Assembly: GCA_963691875.1 (NCBI GenBank)
Contig: OY829846.1
Location: forward strand, 2,880,001 to 2,944,000
Source: Aureliella sp.
GTDB taxonomy: Bacteria > Planctomycetota > Planctomycetia > Pirellulales > Pirellulaceae
Length of the DNA stretch: 64,000 bases
Direction: 5' to 3'
In this document: positions 21,737 to 32,700 of the stretch, piece by piece
Position numbering within the stretch: position 1 is the first letter of the stretch
Layout: each line of letters begins with the position of its first letter
Position numbers and translations under genes: made by a program
Notes under the pieces: generated by a model
The model's database searches: none
Seen by the model: the letters and a program-made list of their open reading frames with translations, nothing else
What the model was told of the DNA's origin: nothing

Positions 21737-23023
21737 ATGAAACCACTCTACAAATTCAGCGCTCGTATCCTGGCTGTGTTTTTGCTCTCCAGTTCGGCCC
21801 AGGCGGATTGGCCGAGTTGGCGCGGTGCAGATGATAATGGCAGCGTTGCTTCGGGAGAGTTTCCTATTGCCTTGAATGAGGCCGCCACGGTCTGGAGGGC
21901 TGACTTACCAGGCAAGGGCTGTTCCACTCCGATCGTTTGGAAGGATCAAATCTTCGTCACGGCTCCTGTCGATGGGAAGGACGCCGTGCTCGCATTCGAC
22001 AATTCTGGTGCGGCACGGTGGCAAGCTGTTTTTGAGAAAGAGACCAAGGGAAAACACCGCAACGGCTCAGGGTGCAATGCGTCGCCAATTACGGATGGAT
22101 CGGGCGTGTTCGTCTACTTTAAGAGCGGCACGCTGGCGGCAGTCAATCTAGAAGGAACGAATCGCTGGCAGACGGACTTGGTGGAGCGTTTCGGACCCGA
22201 CAATCGCTACTGGGACCACGGTACCTCGCCAGTACTGACAAAAGATCACGTCATCATGGCACGGATGCATACCGGTGATTCTTGGCTGGCTGCGTTCGAC
22301 AAGAAAAGCGGCAAGCTGGCTTGGAAGGTTGCACGCAACTACAAAGTGCCGCAGGAATCGGATCAGTGCTATACGACCCCGATCGTCATGCAGCACAATG
22401 GTCGTGAAGTCATCCTGGTCTGGGGCTCGGAGCATTTGACCATGCATGATGCGGCCGATGGCTCAGTGGTTTGGAGCTGCGGAGGGTTTAATCCTGACGC
22501 AAACAAACTATGGCCAGCTATTGCAAATCCGGTGATCGTAGACGACATGGCAGTGATCTGCTTCGGACGCAATGATCGTGGGATACCACGCATGTTTGGG
22601 GTTCGTCTGACAGGAAGTGGCGATGTAACGGAAACCAATCACATCTGGCAGCGAGACGATATCAGCTCCTTTGTTCCTTCGCCGGTTGCTCACAAAGGAC
22701 GCGTCTACTTGGTGCGAGACAAAGGCGAAGTCGAGTGTATTGATCCCGCGACTGGCAAGACGGTTTGGTCCGATCGGTTCCCCAGAAATCGTGCAGCATT
22801 CTACGCATCTCCGCTGATTGCATCGGATGTGTTGTACGCTCCACGCGAAGATGGCAGAGTATTTGTGGCCAGTGTCGTCGGGGATCGCTTTCAGTTGCTT
22901 TCGGAAACTGATTTTGGGCAACCCGTTATCGGATCCCCTGTGCCCGATGGGAATCGCATTTTGATTCGCGGTGAGGAGAACTTGTTCTGCCTCGGCGCTG
23001 ATGAATCAAAAACTGCACCGTAA
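21737..23023 (+). CDS. PQQ-binding-like beta-propeller protein (BamB-like repeats)
   Basis: Signal peptide AQA-DWPSWRG, GCSTPIVW, AFDKKSGKLAW, FYASP and ILIRG..LFC. Confidence 0.88.
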   Translation: MKPLYKFSARILAVFLLSSSAQADWPSWRGADDNGSVASGEFPIALNEAATVWRADLPGKGCSTPIVWKDQIFVTAPVDGKDAVLAFDNSGAARWQAVFEKETKGKHRNGSGCNASPITDGSGVFVYFKSGTLAAVNLEGTNRWQTDLVERFGPDNRYWDHGTSPVLTKDHVIMARMHTGDSWLAAFDKKSGKLAWKVARNYKVPQESDQCYTTPIVMQHNGREVILVWGSEHLTMHDAADGSVVWSCGGFNPDANKLWPAIANPVIVDDMAVICFGRNDRGIPRMFGVRLTGSGDVTETNHIWQRDDISSFVPSPVAHKGRVYLVRDKGEVECIDPATGKTVWSDRFPRNRAAFYASPLIASDVLYAPREDGRVFVASVVGDRFQLLSETDFGQPVIGSPVPDGNRILIRGEENLFCLGADESKTAP

Positions 23024-23040
23024 CTGAATTCTTCGGCTCG

Positions 23041-23820
23041 TCAGTTCGGCCTGATCAGTAGTCGACCGAACCCTCCTGAGCGAGCTGACTCCTCTTCACA
23101 GAGTAAGCGAATGGCACCGTGTTGCTGCGCGTTGGCTTGTAATGACCAGATCGCGGCTCCTTTATTGGCGACGTGAATTGCTTTCGGTTCTGGCAAGGCT
23201 TTTAGGATCCTGCTACAGGTCTCATTGCCATTTTTAACACCAAACCACAGCAGAATATCGATGTCGCCTTCAGAAAGGATTACGTCTGGACCTTCGTCTG
23301 CCTCCAGTCCTAGCGTGATGCCAGCTTGAGCTAAGGCGGTGCGTTCCGAGTCGTCGAGCGAGAGCGAATCAGCGTCTGAGGACTGGAGTTGTTCTTGAAT
23401 GAACTGTCGAGTCAAGTCCTCGCGATCAAGCACCTCGATTACGCGAACGACAATTTCGGTCTTGCCCGTCACAAGGAATTCGCCCCAGCACAAATCCATT
23501 TCTCCTGGAGACTCAATCGAATCGGGAAGGTAGGCCGCATCACGTAGCTGAGCGGGCGGTTCGAGAATCAGTTTGATCGCAGCTGCTTCTTTTTCTTCCG
23601 CGGTTGAGCGTCGTTGTGCTAAGTCCTCTTGAACGGCCAAGTAGATTTCGGCAATACGAATAAACAGTATCATGATGGTCGGGTTCTTGACCATCAGCTC
23701 GGTTTGGACTGCGTATCGCAAGGCCACCCAAATCGTCTCTGGATCGGCACAGCGATACACCCCTGCAGCAACTTGCTCAAAGGCGACAGCACCTGAATCA
23801 TCTTGGTTGGATTGGATCAT
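23041..23820 (-). CDS. Hypothetical protein
   Basis: 259-aa ORF with protein-like acidic composition filling the gap between genes. No motif recognised. Confidence 0.65.
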   Translation of the reverse strand: MIQSNQDDSGAVAFEQVAAGVYRCADPETIWVALRYAVQTELMVKNPTIMILFIRIAEIYLAVQEDLAQRRSTAEEKEAAAIKLILEPPAQLRDAAYLPDSIESPGEMDLCWGEFLVTGKTEIVVRVIEVLDREDLTRQFIQEQLQSSDADSLSLDDSERTALAQAGITLGLEADEGPDVILSEGDIDILLWFGVKNGNETCSRILKALPEPKAIHVANKGAAIWSLQANAQQHGAIRLLCEEESARSGGFGRLLIRPN

Positions 23821-23882
23821 AGGGGCAAGTGGGAATGGTTTGAATTAGAAGAGTATCTGCATCTGCGATCTCATTTCATAAT

Positions 23883-23931
23883 CTGACGCGTGAGCGAGGC
23901 GGCACAGTTGACTATCCTCGTTCACTCTTGG
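23883..23931. repeat. REP-like inverted doublet, copy 1
   Basis: ctgacgcgtgagcgagg ... cctcgttcactcttgg; the arms pair over 10 nt including one G-U pair. Confidence 0.55.
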
Positions 23932-24042
23932 ATTGCGATGAAGCCACAAACTTCAATCTCGAGCTCCTAGCGAGAGAGTGTAGTACAACCGCTTTTGATC
24001 CGATATGCTGCTTGGCTTGGATCAGGAGAGAAAGCGGCGTCT

Positions 24043-24915
24043 ATGCTCAGACCAAGAATTATATCGATCGGCGAAGTTCTCTGGGACTTGTTTCCTGATG
24101 GCGAGCGCTTCGGTGGTGCTCCCGCCAACTTCGCTTACCATGCCGCGTTGCAAGGTGCAGAGGTTGCGATGGTAAGCGCGGTCGGCAACGACAAACGGGG
24201 GCATGATGCGATCGAAATCCTCGCTGAATACGGCATCGACGTCAGTCTCGTACAAGGGATCCCTGATGCACCGACTGGAACGGTTGGAATCGAGCTGAAT
24301 GCCCAAGGCAAGCCGACGTTTACGATTCACGAACGTTCAGCCTGGGATCAGCTCGAATGGAATGACGACATTGCCAACTACCTGGCCGCTGCCGACGCAA
24401 TCTGCTTTGGCACATTGGGACAACGCAGTGAGGTGGCGCGTCAGACGATTCGCCAAGCGATTAAGATGGCTGCCGCTAGGGGTATCATATGTGTGGTCGA
24501 CATCAATCTTAGAGCTCCCTTCTTCAACGCCAAAACCGTTCGCGAGTCCATACAGCTCGCAAGTATCTTGAAGCTAAGTGATGAAGAGATTGTGGCAGCC
24601 TGTTCTGCTTGTGGAGTTTCGGATAGTCGCAGTACGTTAGACAGTCTGCGTGCTTTGATTACGTACGGCAATCTTGATAGGGTAGTCATGACGCGCGGGG
24701 CCGAAGGAGCAGTCTTGGTCACCACAGAAGGCGTCATCGAACAACCAGGCATTGCGACAGACATCGTCGACACTGTCGGCGCCGGTGATGCCTTTACTGC
24801 AGCATTTATTATGGGTGAACTTTATCGAGAAGTGCGCGAAACGAATCTGCGCAAGGCCTGCGAGGTCGCGGCCGCGGCCTGTTCGCATGCTGGCGCGATT
24901 CCATCGCGGAAGTAG
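24043..24915 (+). CDS. PfkB-family carbohydrate kinase (fructokinase-like)
   Basis: GEVLWD, GGAPANFA, DINLR, LKLSDEE and DTVGAGDAF. ATG 24043 is preferred over TTG 23995. Confidence 0.92.
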   Translation: MLRPRIISIGEVLWDLFPDGERFGGAPANFAYHAALQGAEVAMVSAVGNDKRGHDAIEILAEYGIDVSLVQGIPDAPTGTVGIELNAQGKPTFTIHERSAWDQLEWNDDIANYLAAADAICFGTLGQRSEVARQTIRQAIKMAAARGIICVVDINLRAPFFNAKTVRESIQLASILKLSDEEIVAACSACGVSDSRSTLDSLRALITYGNLDRVVMTRGAEGAVLVTTEGVIEQPGIATDIVDTVGAGDAFTAAFIMGELYREVRETNLRKACEVAAAACSHAGAIPSRK

Positions 24916-24931
24916 AAAGCTTCACATGGTT

Positions 24932-24971
24932 CCGAAGCAAGGAATGCCTTGTTGCCTCGCTCACGCTTCGG
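24932..24971. repeat. REP-like inverted doublet, copy 2
   Basis: ccgaagc...cctcgctcacgcttcgg. The 13-mer gcctcgctcacgc (24954-24966) is the exact reverse complement of 23888-23900. Confidence 0.55.
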
Positions 24972-25094
24972 CTGGTGAGTGAAAAGTCAATTCAGGACGT
25001 CAGTTCGGCTTTACTTCCCCACTCAAGCAAGCAAACTTGTGGGCGGGTTGTGTTGGTGTGACTTCGAACGAAAGCGGATGGAACGGCAAGAGTA

Positions 25095-26903
25095 ATGAAA
25101 TTAACTTCACTTGATTACACGATCATCATCGCATTCTTTGTCGTTTCTACGTTGATCGGCATTATTGCCTCGCGGCGCGCTGGTAAGAGTTTTTCCGAGT
25201 ACTTTCTTGCGGGCGGCAAGATGCCTTGGTGGATGCTTGGGCTGTCGATGGTAGCAACGACTTTTGCTGCTGACACACCGAATCTGGTTACAGGCATTGT
25301 TCGCAAGGACGGCGTTAGTGGAAATTGGGTTTGGTGGGCCTTTCTCCTGACCGGATTTCTCACGGTTTTCGTCTACGCTCGTTTATGGAAACGTAGCGGA
25401 GTTCTTACGGACTTGGAATTCTATGAGATTCGATACAGCGGCGCGCCAGCTGGATTTCTTCGCGGGTTTCGCGCAATCTACCTAGGCGTCGTTTTTAATT
25501 GCTTGGTGATGGCGAATGTGACGCTTGCAGGAATCAAACTTGGTGGCATCTTACTCGGCTGGTCTCCGGTGCAAACCGTATTGATTGCGGGCACGGTAAC
25601 GGTTGCCTACACGTTGATGGGTGGCTTGCGTGGTGTCATTCTGACGGATTGTTTTCAGTTTGTAATGGCGATGGTCGGTGCAATCGCTGCGGCCGCTGTG
25701 GTATGCGATCTGCCTGAAGTCGGAGGTTTTGCGAATCTTCTGGCTCACGAGAATGTTTCGGGCAAGCTCAGTATGCTTCCGGACTTTTCTGACGTGAATG
25801 CACTTATCCCGCTGCTCATTATCCCGCTTGCAGTGCAGTGGTGGAGCAGCTGGTATCCCGGCGCGGAGCCGGGTGGCGGCGGCTATGTTGCTCAGAGGAT
25901 GCTGGGAGCGCGTAGCGAACAGGATGCGACTACAGCTACGCTTTTGTTTCAAGTAGCGCACTACGCACTTCGTCCATGGCCGTGGATTATCGTAGCCTTT
26001 GCATCGTTGGTCGTCTTTCCCGACCTGGATACGATACGAGCTGCGTTTCCAGATATCGACCCAAATATTGTTCAGGACGATCTGGCTTACCCAGCCATGC
26101 TGACCTTCCTTCCGTCAGGCTTGCTAGGAATTGTCATTGCCAGTTTGATGGCGGCATTCATGTCAACGATCTCGACGCAACTAAACTGGGGCTCATCCTA
26201 CCTAGCACATGATTTTTACAGGCGTTTTTTGAAGCCTGAAGCATCGGAGAAGGAACTCGTAACCGTAGGCCGAGTGTCTACGATAGGTTTGATGGTCTTG
26301 TCCGGTGCCCTGGCACTTACACTAGAAAGCGCGATGGAGGGATTCAGTATTCTCCTGCAGATCGGCGCCGGGACAGGGCTGATCTACATCCTTCGTTGGT
26401 TCTGGTGGCGGATCAATGCTTTTACCGAGATCGCAGGCATGGTGGTCTCATTCGCTGTGGCGATGTTTTTTCGCTTTGGCTATCCAGCAATGGGCTGGGA
26501 AAAGCTCGAGGATTGGCAGCAACTAGTGATCGGCGTTTCGATGACAACGGTAGCTTGGTTACTAGCTACCTTTCTTTCGCCGAGCACCGACATGCAAGAC
26601 TTGAAAGACTTTTTCCAAAAGATCCGACCGGGAGGCCCAGGATGGAAGCCGGTCCAACAGGCGTTGGCGGCAGAAGGAAAAGTTGCCGAAGATGGCGAGT
26701 CGATTACCGCTGGTATTCTCGCCATGCTTGCCGCGACCTTCATGACTTATTCCCTGCTGTTTGGAACTGGCTATTTTTTGTACGGTCAGTGGGCCTTGTT
26801 CACGGTGAGTCTAGTTGTAGCGCTAGTTTCCATTTTCACACTGATACGCTGTTGGCCCAGCTTGGAAATGTCAAAAGCTGAAGAGCGAAATGTTATGAGC
26901 TAA
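25095..26903 (+). CDS. Sodium:solute symporter (SSS) family protein
   Basis: EYFLAGGKMPWW, SMVATTFAADTP, YTLMGGLRGV, AQRML and AAFMST, with many transmembrane segments. Confidence 0.93.
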   Translation: MKLTSLDYTIIIAFFVVSTLIGIIASRRAGKSFSEYFLAGGKMPWWMLGLSMVATTFAADTPNLVTGIVRKDGVSGNWVWWAFLLTGFLTVFVYARLWKRSGVLTDLEFYEIRYSGAPAGFLRGFRAIYLGVVFNCLVMANVTLAGIKLGGILLGWSPVQTVLIAGTVTVAYTLMGGLRGVILTDCFQFVMAMVGAIAAAAVVCDLPEVGGFANLLAHENVSGKLSMLPDFSDVNALIPLLIIPLAVQWWSSWYPGAEPGGGGYVAQRMLGARSEQDATTATLLFQVAHYALRPWPWIIVAFASLVVFPDLDTIRAAFPDIDPNIVQDDLAYPAMLTFLPSGLLGIVIASLMAAFMSTISTQLNWGSSYLAHDFYRRFLKPEASEKELVTVGRVSTIGLMVLSGALALTLESAMEGFSILLQIGAGTGLIYILRWFWWRINAFTEIAGMVVSFAVAMFFRFGYPAMGWEKLEDWQQLVIGVSMTTVAWLLATFLSPSTDMQDLKDFFQKIRPGGPGWKPVQQALAAEGKVAEDGESITAGILAMLAATFMTYSLLFGTGYFLYGQWALFTVSLVVALVSIFTLIRCWPSLEMSKAEERNVMS

Positions 26904-27481
26904 ACTTCTCGCCGTTTTGTCCCTCGCGTACGCTCCGACGCTTCAGTTTTCATGGTCGTCGATGGTGTTTTCTAAGGTTTCTCGTTTTCGTAGGACCTCA
27001 ACGTGCAAACGCTGCATAAGCCTGAGCGTCAGGCGTATGTTGTCATCGGCGCCGGCTTGCTTTGGCGACGCATTTGAGCGAAGGGAGCTATGCTCCCGAA
27101 TTCGTTACCTCAGCCACTACGGCCGAAACCCTTCTGGACTTACCCTATTGCAGCGTGGAGTTAATGCTGGCATCAGAACGGATTTCAGTCATTTGTTACC
27201 GGCATGTGACTGTCCGGCTAAGTGCCGCTTGACCTGCTCAATTGGCCCAATCAAGTTAAACCTTGGCGGTAACGTCAGTTACGCGATCTTCAAATGCTCG
27301 GGCCGAGCTGCTTTTCCGGCAATTTGCTTGATTTTGAGGCGGACAAATGCGTCAAATCAGTTAACCATGAACTGACTCCTCGCCACCCAAAGGCAGGGGC
27401 CTTCTTGCTTTACGATGACGATGGGCCACTTAAGCCACGTCACGGAACCGATCCTATTTGCGACCCAATTTATCCAGCTCT

Positions 27482-29008
27482 ATGCACATCGAGTCCTTGC
27501 AAAAGTTCTTTGCGACATCGCCAGCAGTCCGTCTGTTGCGATCGCCGCACGCCTTTTGGATCATGGACTTTCTCAACCAGCAATTCAAAGTCGCTGGCAA
27601 AATAACACGGCCACACTCCGAGTTGGCGGTTGAGCTTGACGCCTACCTCGACAATCTCTCCAAAGATGCGATCGTCGGTGAAGCCAAATTCGACTCGCGA
27701 GAAAAGGCGGATACTTACCTGGCAAGTTGGTGTTCTAGCTCTATCGGTTGGCTAAAACGCTTTATCGAAGAAGATGCATCCGAGCCCTATTATCAGCTGA
27801 CGGCCGAGTTCGAAAAAGCCTTGGCCTTTGCTGAAAAAGCAGCTCAGGAAGTAGGCTTCATCGGCACCGAATCACGTCTGCGAAGCATTCTGGAACTGCT
27901 GGGAAACATAGCCTCCGGCGTCAGCGAAGATCCTCAAATCCGCTTGCAGCAACTGGAACAGCAGCGGGATGAAATTGATCGCGAAATGCAGCAACTCCGT
28001 GGGTTGGACAAGGCACCCGCAATGTCGCCCACTCAAGTCCGCGAACGATTCTCAATGGCTTGTCAGCACCTGCACCAACTCAAGAGCGAGTTCCGTGCTG
28101 TTGAAGATCGTTTCAAAGACATCACTCGCAAAGTACAGCAGAAGATCCTTGGAGCCGCTGACTCACGTGGAGACATCCTGCAGTTCGCCCTCGATAGCGA
28201 AGACATGCTGAAACAGGGCGATCAGGGCCAGAGTTTCTTTGAGTTCTTGAAACTCTTGCATTCACCGGAAAGCCAAGATCGCATCAAGGAGCTGATCGAC
28301 GGCCTATATGCGATCGAGGCTCTAGCGAGCGAAGAGTCTGAGCTGAGCTCACTACGCAACATGGTTCCGACTTTGATCGCTGAAGCAGAGAAGATTCTAC
28401 GTACCACCCAACATCTGTCCCACACACTTCGGCGACTACTTGATGCTCGATCGACTCGGCATCACCAGCAGCTCAGCCACCTGCTGCGAGACATCCTTTC
28501 AGCGGCAGCCGCGAGAGCCGAGGATCCGCCGGTCGATATTGGCTTGGACATTGAAGTAGAGCTTGAGATTCAAAGCCCCTTGGATCGGCCTTTCTGGCTT
28601 GCGACCGAGCCATTCGATGAAGTCGATCTGGCTCCAGTGGTTGCTGACGAGGCCGAACAGCAACAAGCTTTAGAACAACTTGTGGCACTGGAGCGGCTCG
28701 ACTGGTCAAGCATGCGACAAAACATCGCCGCTGCGACTCAAGAAACCGAGACCGGTTTGCTCGAGTTGCTCAAGCGAAACCCGATCCAAAGTGGCGCTGT
28801 CGAGATTCTGGGATATCTGCAGATTGCCTACGACGATGGTCACCGGATCGATCGATCGCAGACGCTGGAACTCGCTCCCGAGCAGACAGGCCCACTGGCT
28901 CGCGGACTCCGCGTACCCAACGTCGTGTTCGTCCCTAAGGACCAGCGAAATAGAAAGAGCGGTTTGCGTCAGTCTCCCGAGCCGAACTTGCAGGAAAGTA
29001 CACAATGA
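27482..29008 (+). CDS. jetA: DUF3375-family protein (Wadjet JetA, kleisin-like)
   Basis: SPAVRLLRS, GWLKRF, YQLT...EKAL, GTESRL, EFRAVEDRF and DQGQSF..F. First gene of a jetA-jetB-jetC array. ATG 27482 is preferred. Confidence 0.85.
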   Translation: MHIESLQKFFATSPAVRLLRSPHAFWIMDFLNQQFKVAGKITRPHSELAVELDAYLDNLSKDAIVGEAKFDSREKADTYLASWCSSSIGWLKRFIEEDASEPYYQLTAEFEKALAFAEKAAQEVGFIGTESRLRSILELLGNIASGVSEDPQIRLQQLEQQRDEIDREMQQLRGLDKAPAMSPTQVRERFSMACQHLHQLKSEFRAVEDRFKDITRKVQQKILGAADSRGDILQFALDSEDMLKQGDQGQSFFEFLKLLHSPESQDRIKELIDGLYAIEALASEESELSSLRNMVPTLIAEAEKILRTTQHLSHTLRRLLDARSTRHHQQLSHLLRDILSAAAARAEDPPVDIGLDIEVELEIQSPLDRPFWLATEPFDEVDLAPVVADEAEQQQALEQLVALERLDWSSMRQNIAAATQETETGLLELLKRNPIQSGAVEILGYLQIAYDDGHRIDRSQTLELAPEQTGPLARGLRVPNVVFVPKDQRNRKSGLRQSPEPNLQESTQ

Positions 29009-29592
29009 TTGAGTCTGTCGAGTCGCTACCAACTTACAAAGATTGGAGCTTCGCCGCAGTACGATTGCTCCAAGGAGCGGTGTACAGCGACGATGCTGCC
29101 TGGGACATCCTGCTGCGTCACCAGACTCCATTGCGAGACTATTTCGCACGCATCGGTTTGCTCTTAGTGGTCGATGAGCCCGAAGGCTTGGCCTACATCC
29201 GGCAGTTGGGCGAGGATGAGGCAGTCGATGACTACGGCACTCTGCCCAAGTTATTTCGTCGTACTCGCCTAGGCTACGACACCACCCTGCTTTGTGTGCT
29301 GCTTCGAGAGCGTTTGCGTCGCTTCGAAGAAGAAGATCTCGACAATCATCGCTGCGTAGTAGATCAGCGTGAATTGCTGGAGAGCTGGAAGAACTTCTTT
29401 CCTGGTAAGGAAGATGAAGTTCGACTGCAGAAGACACTCGACACTGCTTTCCGAAAACTCGAAGGACTAAAGTTTGTCAACCGCTTTGGCGACACTGCTG
29501 GCTGCTGGGAGATTCGTCGAATACTTAAAGCTCGTCTTCCTGTCGATGAGCTAGAGAAACTGAAAGAGCAACTGTCCGCCGAGGCCAAGTAG
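29005..29592 (+). CDS. jetB: DUF4194-family protein (Wadjet JetB, KITE-like)
   Basis: RLLQG, LRDYFARIGLLLVVDE.EGLAY, LFRRTRLGYDTTLLCVLLRE and EIRRILKA. ATGA overlap with jetA. Confidence 0.85.
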   Translation: MIESVESLPTYKDWSFAAVRLLQGAVYSDDAAWDILLRHQTPLRDYFARIGLLLVVDEPEGLAYIRQLGEDEAVDDYGTLPKLFRRTRLGYDTTLLCVLLRERLRRFEEEDLDNHRCVVDQRELLESWKNFFPGKEDEVRLQKTLDTAFRKLEGLKFVNRFGDTAGCWEIRRILKARLPVDELEKLKEQLSAEAK

Positions 29593-29768
29593 TAAAACAA
29601 GATCGAAGCTGATCCCACAATTGCGCGAGGCTCAGCCGTAGCGTTACCGATCGTTTGACGCCCAGCCGTAAGCGCCGGCTTGCCTTGTTTACGACTACAG
29701 AACTCGACAAAACACATAACCTGCGACCACAAACTAACCAAGTGAAGACCTAGAAGAAGCAAAGTCAG

Positions 29769-32700
29769 ATGGAAAACCTAGGCTGGACTCCTAACGCTCG
29801 CCCCGGCTACCGACTGAAGAAGTTGGAGGTCACCAATTGGGGCACCTTCGACAGCACGGCTGGGCAAGTCTACCAGCTCGCACCTGAAGGCCGCAGCGCT
29901 CTGCTGGTCGGTCAAAACGGCTCTGGCAAATCAACTCTGGTCGACACTCTACTGACACTATTGGTACAACCCGGTGTGCGGAACTACAACGTGGCTGCCG
30001 GCGCTAAGAAACGCGAACGCGACGAGCGAACGTATATTCGCGGCGCATGCGGCCGCAGCAGTGATGAAGAAGCCGGTTCTGTCACGGACTATCTGCGGCC
30101 GGACGACAAACACTACTCGGTGCTGCTCGCCTGCTTCAAGCGTGAGAGCACAGGCGATGCTTTTACCGTCGTACAAGTTCTACAGATCCTCGGTGATGGC
30201 GATGTCGACAAGACCTACGCCTATGCCGACGAAGAGAAGAGTATTGCTGAGGATCTCAGTGGTCTGACTCGCAGCGAGAAGATCAAGAAGCAACTCGTCG
30301 CCCGCGGCTTCAAGGCAACGACGAAGTACAGCGAGTATATGCCTTGGATTGCGCGTAAGACCAGTATGCGTTCTAAGGCGTTAGATGTCTTCAACCAAAC
30401 GGTTGCAGTAAAAGACATCCAGAGTCTCAATCGTTTCATCCGCGATCACATGCTCGAAGGCAAACCCTGGAAGGACCGGATCGAGAACTTACTCAGTCAT
30501 TTTCTGCAGCTTAGCCAAGCTCATCAATCGTTGGTACGCGCGAGACGTCAAATCGAGTTGCTTGAGCCGATTGAGACTGCTGCAGAAAAACTGGAGAAGC
30601 TCAATGCCGAGCAATCGCTCTACCAACAGCAGCTCGATGCAACGGACAGCTATTTCAAGAAGAAGACGATCGACTGGCTGCGTCCCAAGGTCAGTTCGAA
30701 TCGTGACCGTATTTCAAAGGCACAGGGACGAAAGGTCGAGCTCGAAAAAGAGATCGAGGCGTTGGAAGACACTCAGCGCTACATTCGTAACGAGATCGAC
30801 AACACTGGAGGTGAGCGTCTCCGGCAGCTACCTCTCCAACTCGAATCCCAGCAGACTATGCTGGCAGCCAAGAAACGCGAACGAAGTCGACTGCAGAGTG
30901 CTCTGAAGCTGGCGGGCATTGAAACCACGCTCAATGACGAACAAGACTTCGCGAATCTGCCCGGGAAGCTTGGGCAAGTTCAAGAAGAGATTTCACGCCG
31001 CTCCACCGAGATCGCAGCCCAGCGGCTAGATCTTGCTCGAAATTTGACTGAGGTGCGCAAGCACATAGACGAAGACAAAACACAGCTTGAAGTTTTGCAA
31101 CAACAGCCTGGAAACTTACCCGGTTGGTTGGCTGAAGTGCGAGCCAAGATCGCCCAAGACTTGGGGCTGGACAACAAGCGACTTCCGTTCGCTTGCGAGC
31201 TAATCAGTGTGGCGGAGAGTGAAGGCGATTGGCAATCTGCCATTGAACTCGTGCTGCGTCCTTTCGCCTTAACACTTCTCGTCCCTGAAGAGCATTATCG
31301 GGCGGTTTCGAGCTATGTCGAAAACCATCGATTGACCGACCAAAAAGGCCGTGGGCAAAAGCTAGTTTACAGCCGTGTTCAGTCTAATGCCGAGCCACAG
31401 CAACTCGAGCAACTGCATTCAGATTCGTTAGTTTACAAGCTAGGACTGCAAGAAGATCATGAGTTAGCTGGGTGGATCAGAGCCGAACTACATCGTCGAT
31501 TTGATTTTAGGTGCTGCAGTACTTTGGAGCAGTTCCAGCGTGCTCCTGGTCTCGCGCTGACTCAGCAACGTCACGTCAAATACGGCAGCAAGCGTCACGA
31601 AAAAGATGACCGCGCACAAGCGATGGACTCCAAGCGATTCGTGCTCGGTTGGGACAACGCCGCGCGTCTAGCAGAACTGCACACGAGTCTGCAAGAACTC
31701 CGGCAACAAGAGTCCGCGGTGCTCGACGAGATTCATCAATTGGAGACGCATTCGAAACGCGTCTCCAAGCAACTCGCTGCAGTTGACGAAGCTTTGGCCA
31801 TCGATGATTACGAATTGATTGATACACAGCGACACAAAGACGAAATCCGTAAGCTGGATGAAGAACGCAAGGCAATCGAACAGTCGAACGACACAGTGCG
31901 TGTCCTGCGCGAAAGACTTGAGGAAGCGGCCGGTCGTCGTCAGGCAGCACAAAAAGAACGCGACGAAGAAATCGCGATCGAAAGCAACATGCTACGCGAA
32001 AGTGAACACTCTTTAGGCTTGCTGGAAAAGTACGAGAACTTGCTCGCTGAACGTCAGACCGACGGAAGCCTGACCGAGCATGAAGTGATGTTTGAGCAAC
32101 TAGATCTCACGCTGGGAGATCGACTGCAATCGATCTCGGATCTGCTGGAATACGCCGAACTGCAAAACGATGCCTCTCGCCAACTGCAAGAGTCACTCAA
32201 TAAGCTGAGCATGAAAACAGATCCTCTGCGAGCCGATATCATTCGTGCGATGCAGAAGTTTTTGAGTGATAGCCCAGAGGAAAAAGACGATCTGCGAGCG
32301 GACTTGATGTACCTGGACGGTTTCTTAGGACTGCTCGATCAGCTGCGCAAGGACGACTTGCCGAAGTATGAACGTCGCTTTCAGGAACGCCTGAATGAGA
32401 AAGTCATTCAAGAGATCGGAGTCTTCCATGCGGCACTACAGTGTGAGAAGCAGGAGATAGCATCTAAGATCGGCGTCTTAAACGAATCGCTGGAACAACT
32501 GGAGTACCGCGCCGGCACCTTCATGAGATTGGAGCCTCGAGATGCATCCGATCGCGAAATAAAAGATTTCCAAGCCTTGTTGCGTGAATGCTTGGACGAC
32601 CAATTTGATGGAGATACGAGCGCGGATGAAGCACGCTTCAAACGCATCGAGAAGTTGATTCGCCGCTTGCGTGAAGAAGAACGCTGGCGCGACAAGGTAA

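Noticed and set aside
27013..27040. Hairpin gcataagcctga-gcg-tcaggcgtatgt upstream of jetA
   Set aside because: It has no clear U-tract and matches no RNA family I recognise, so I cannot assign a function.
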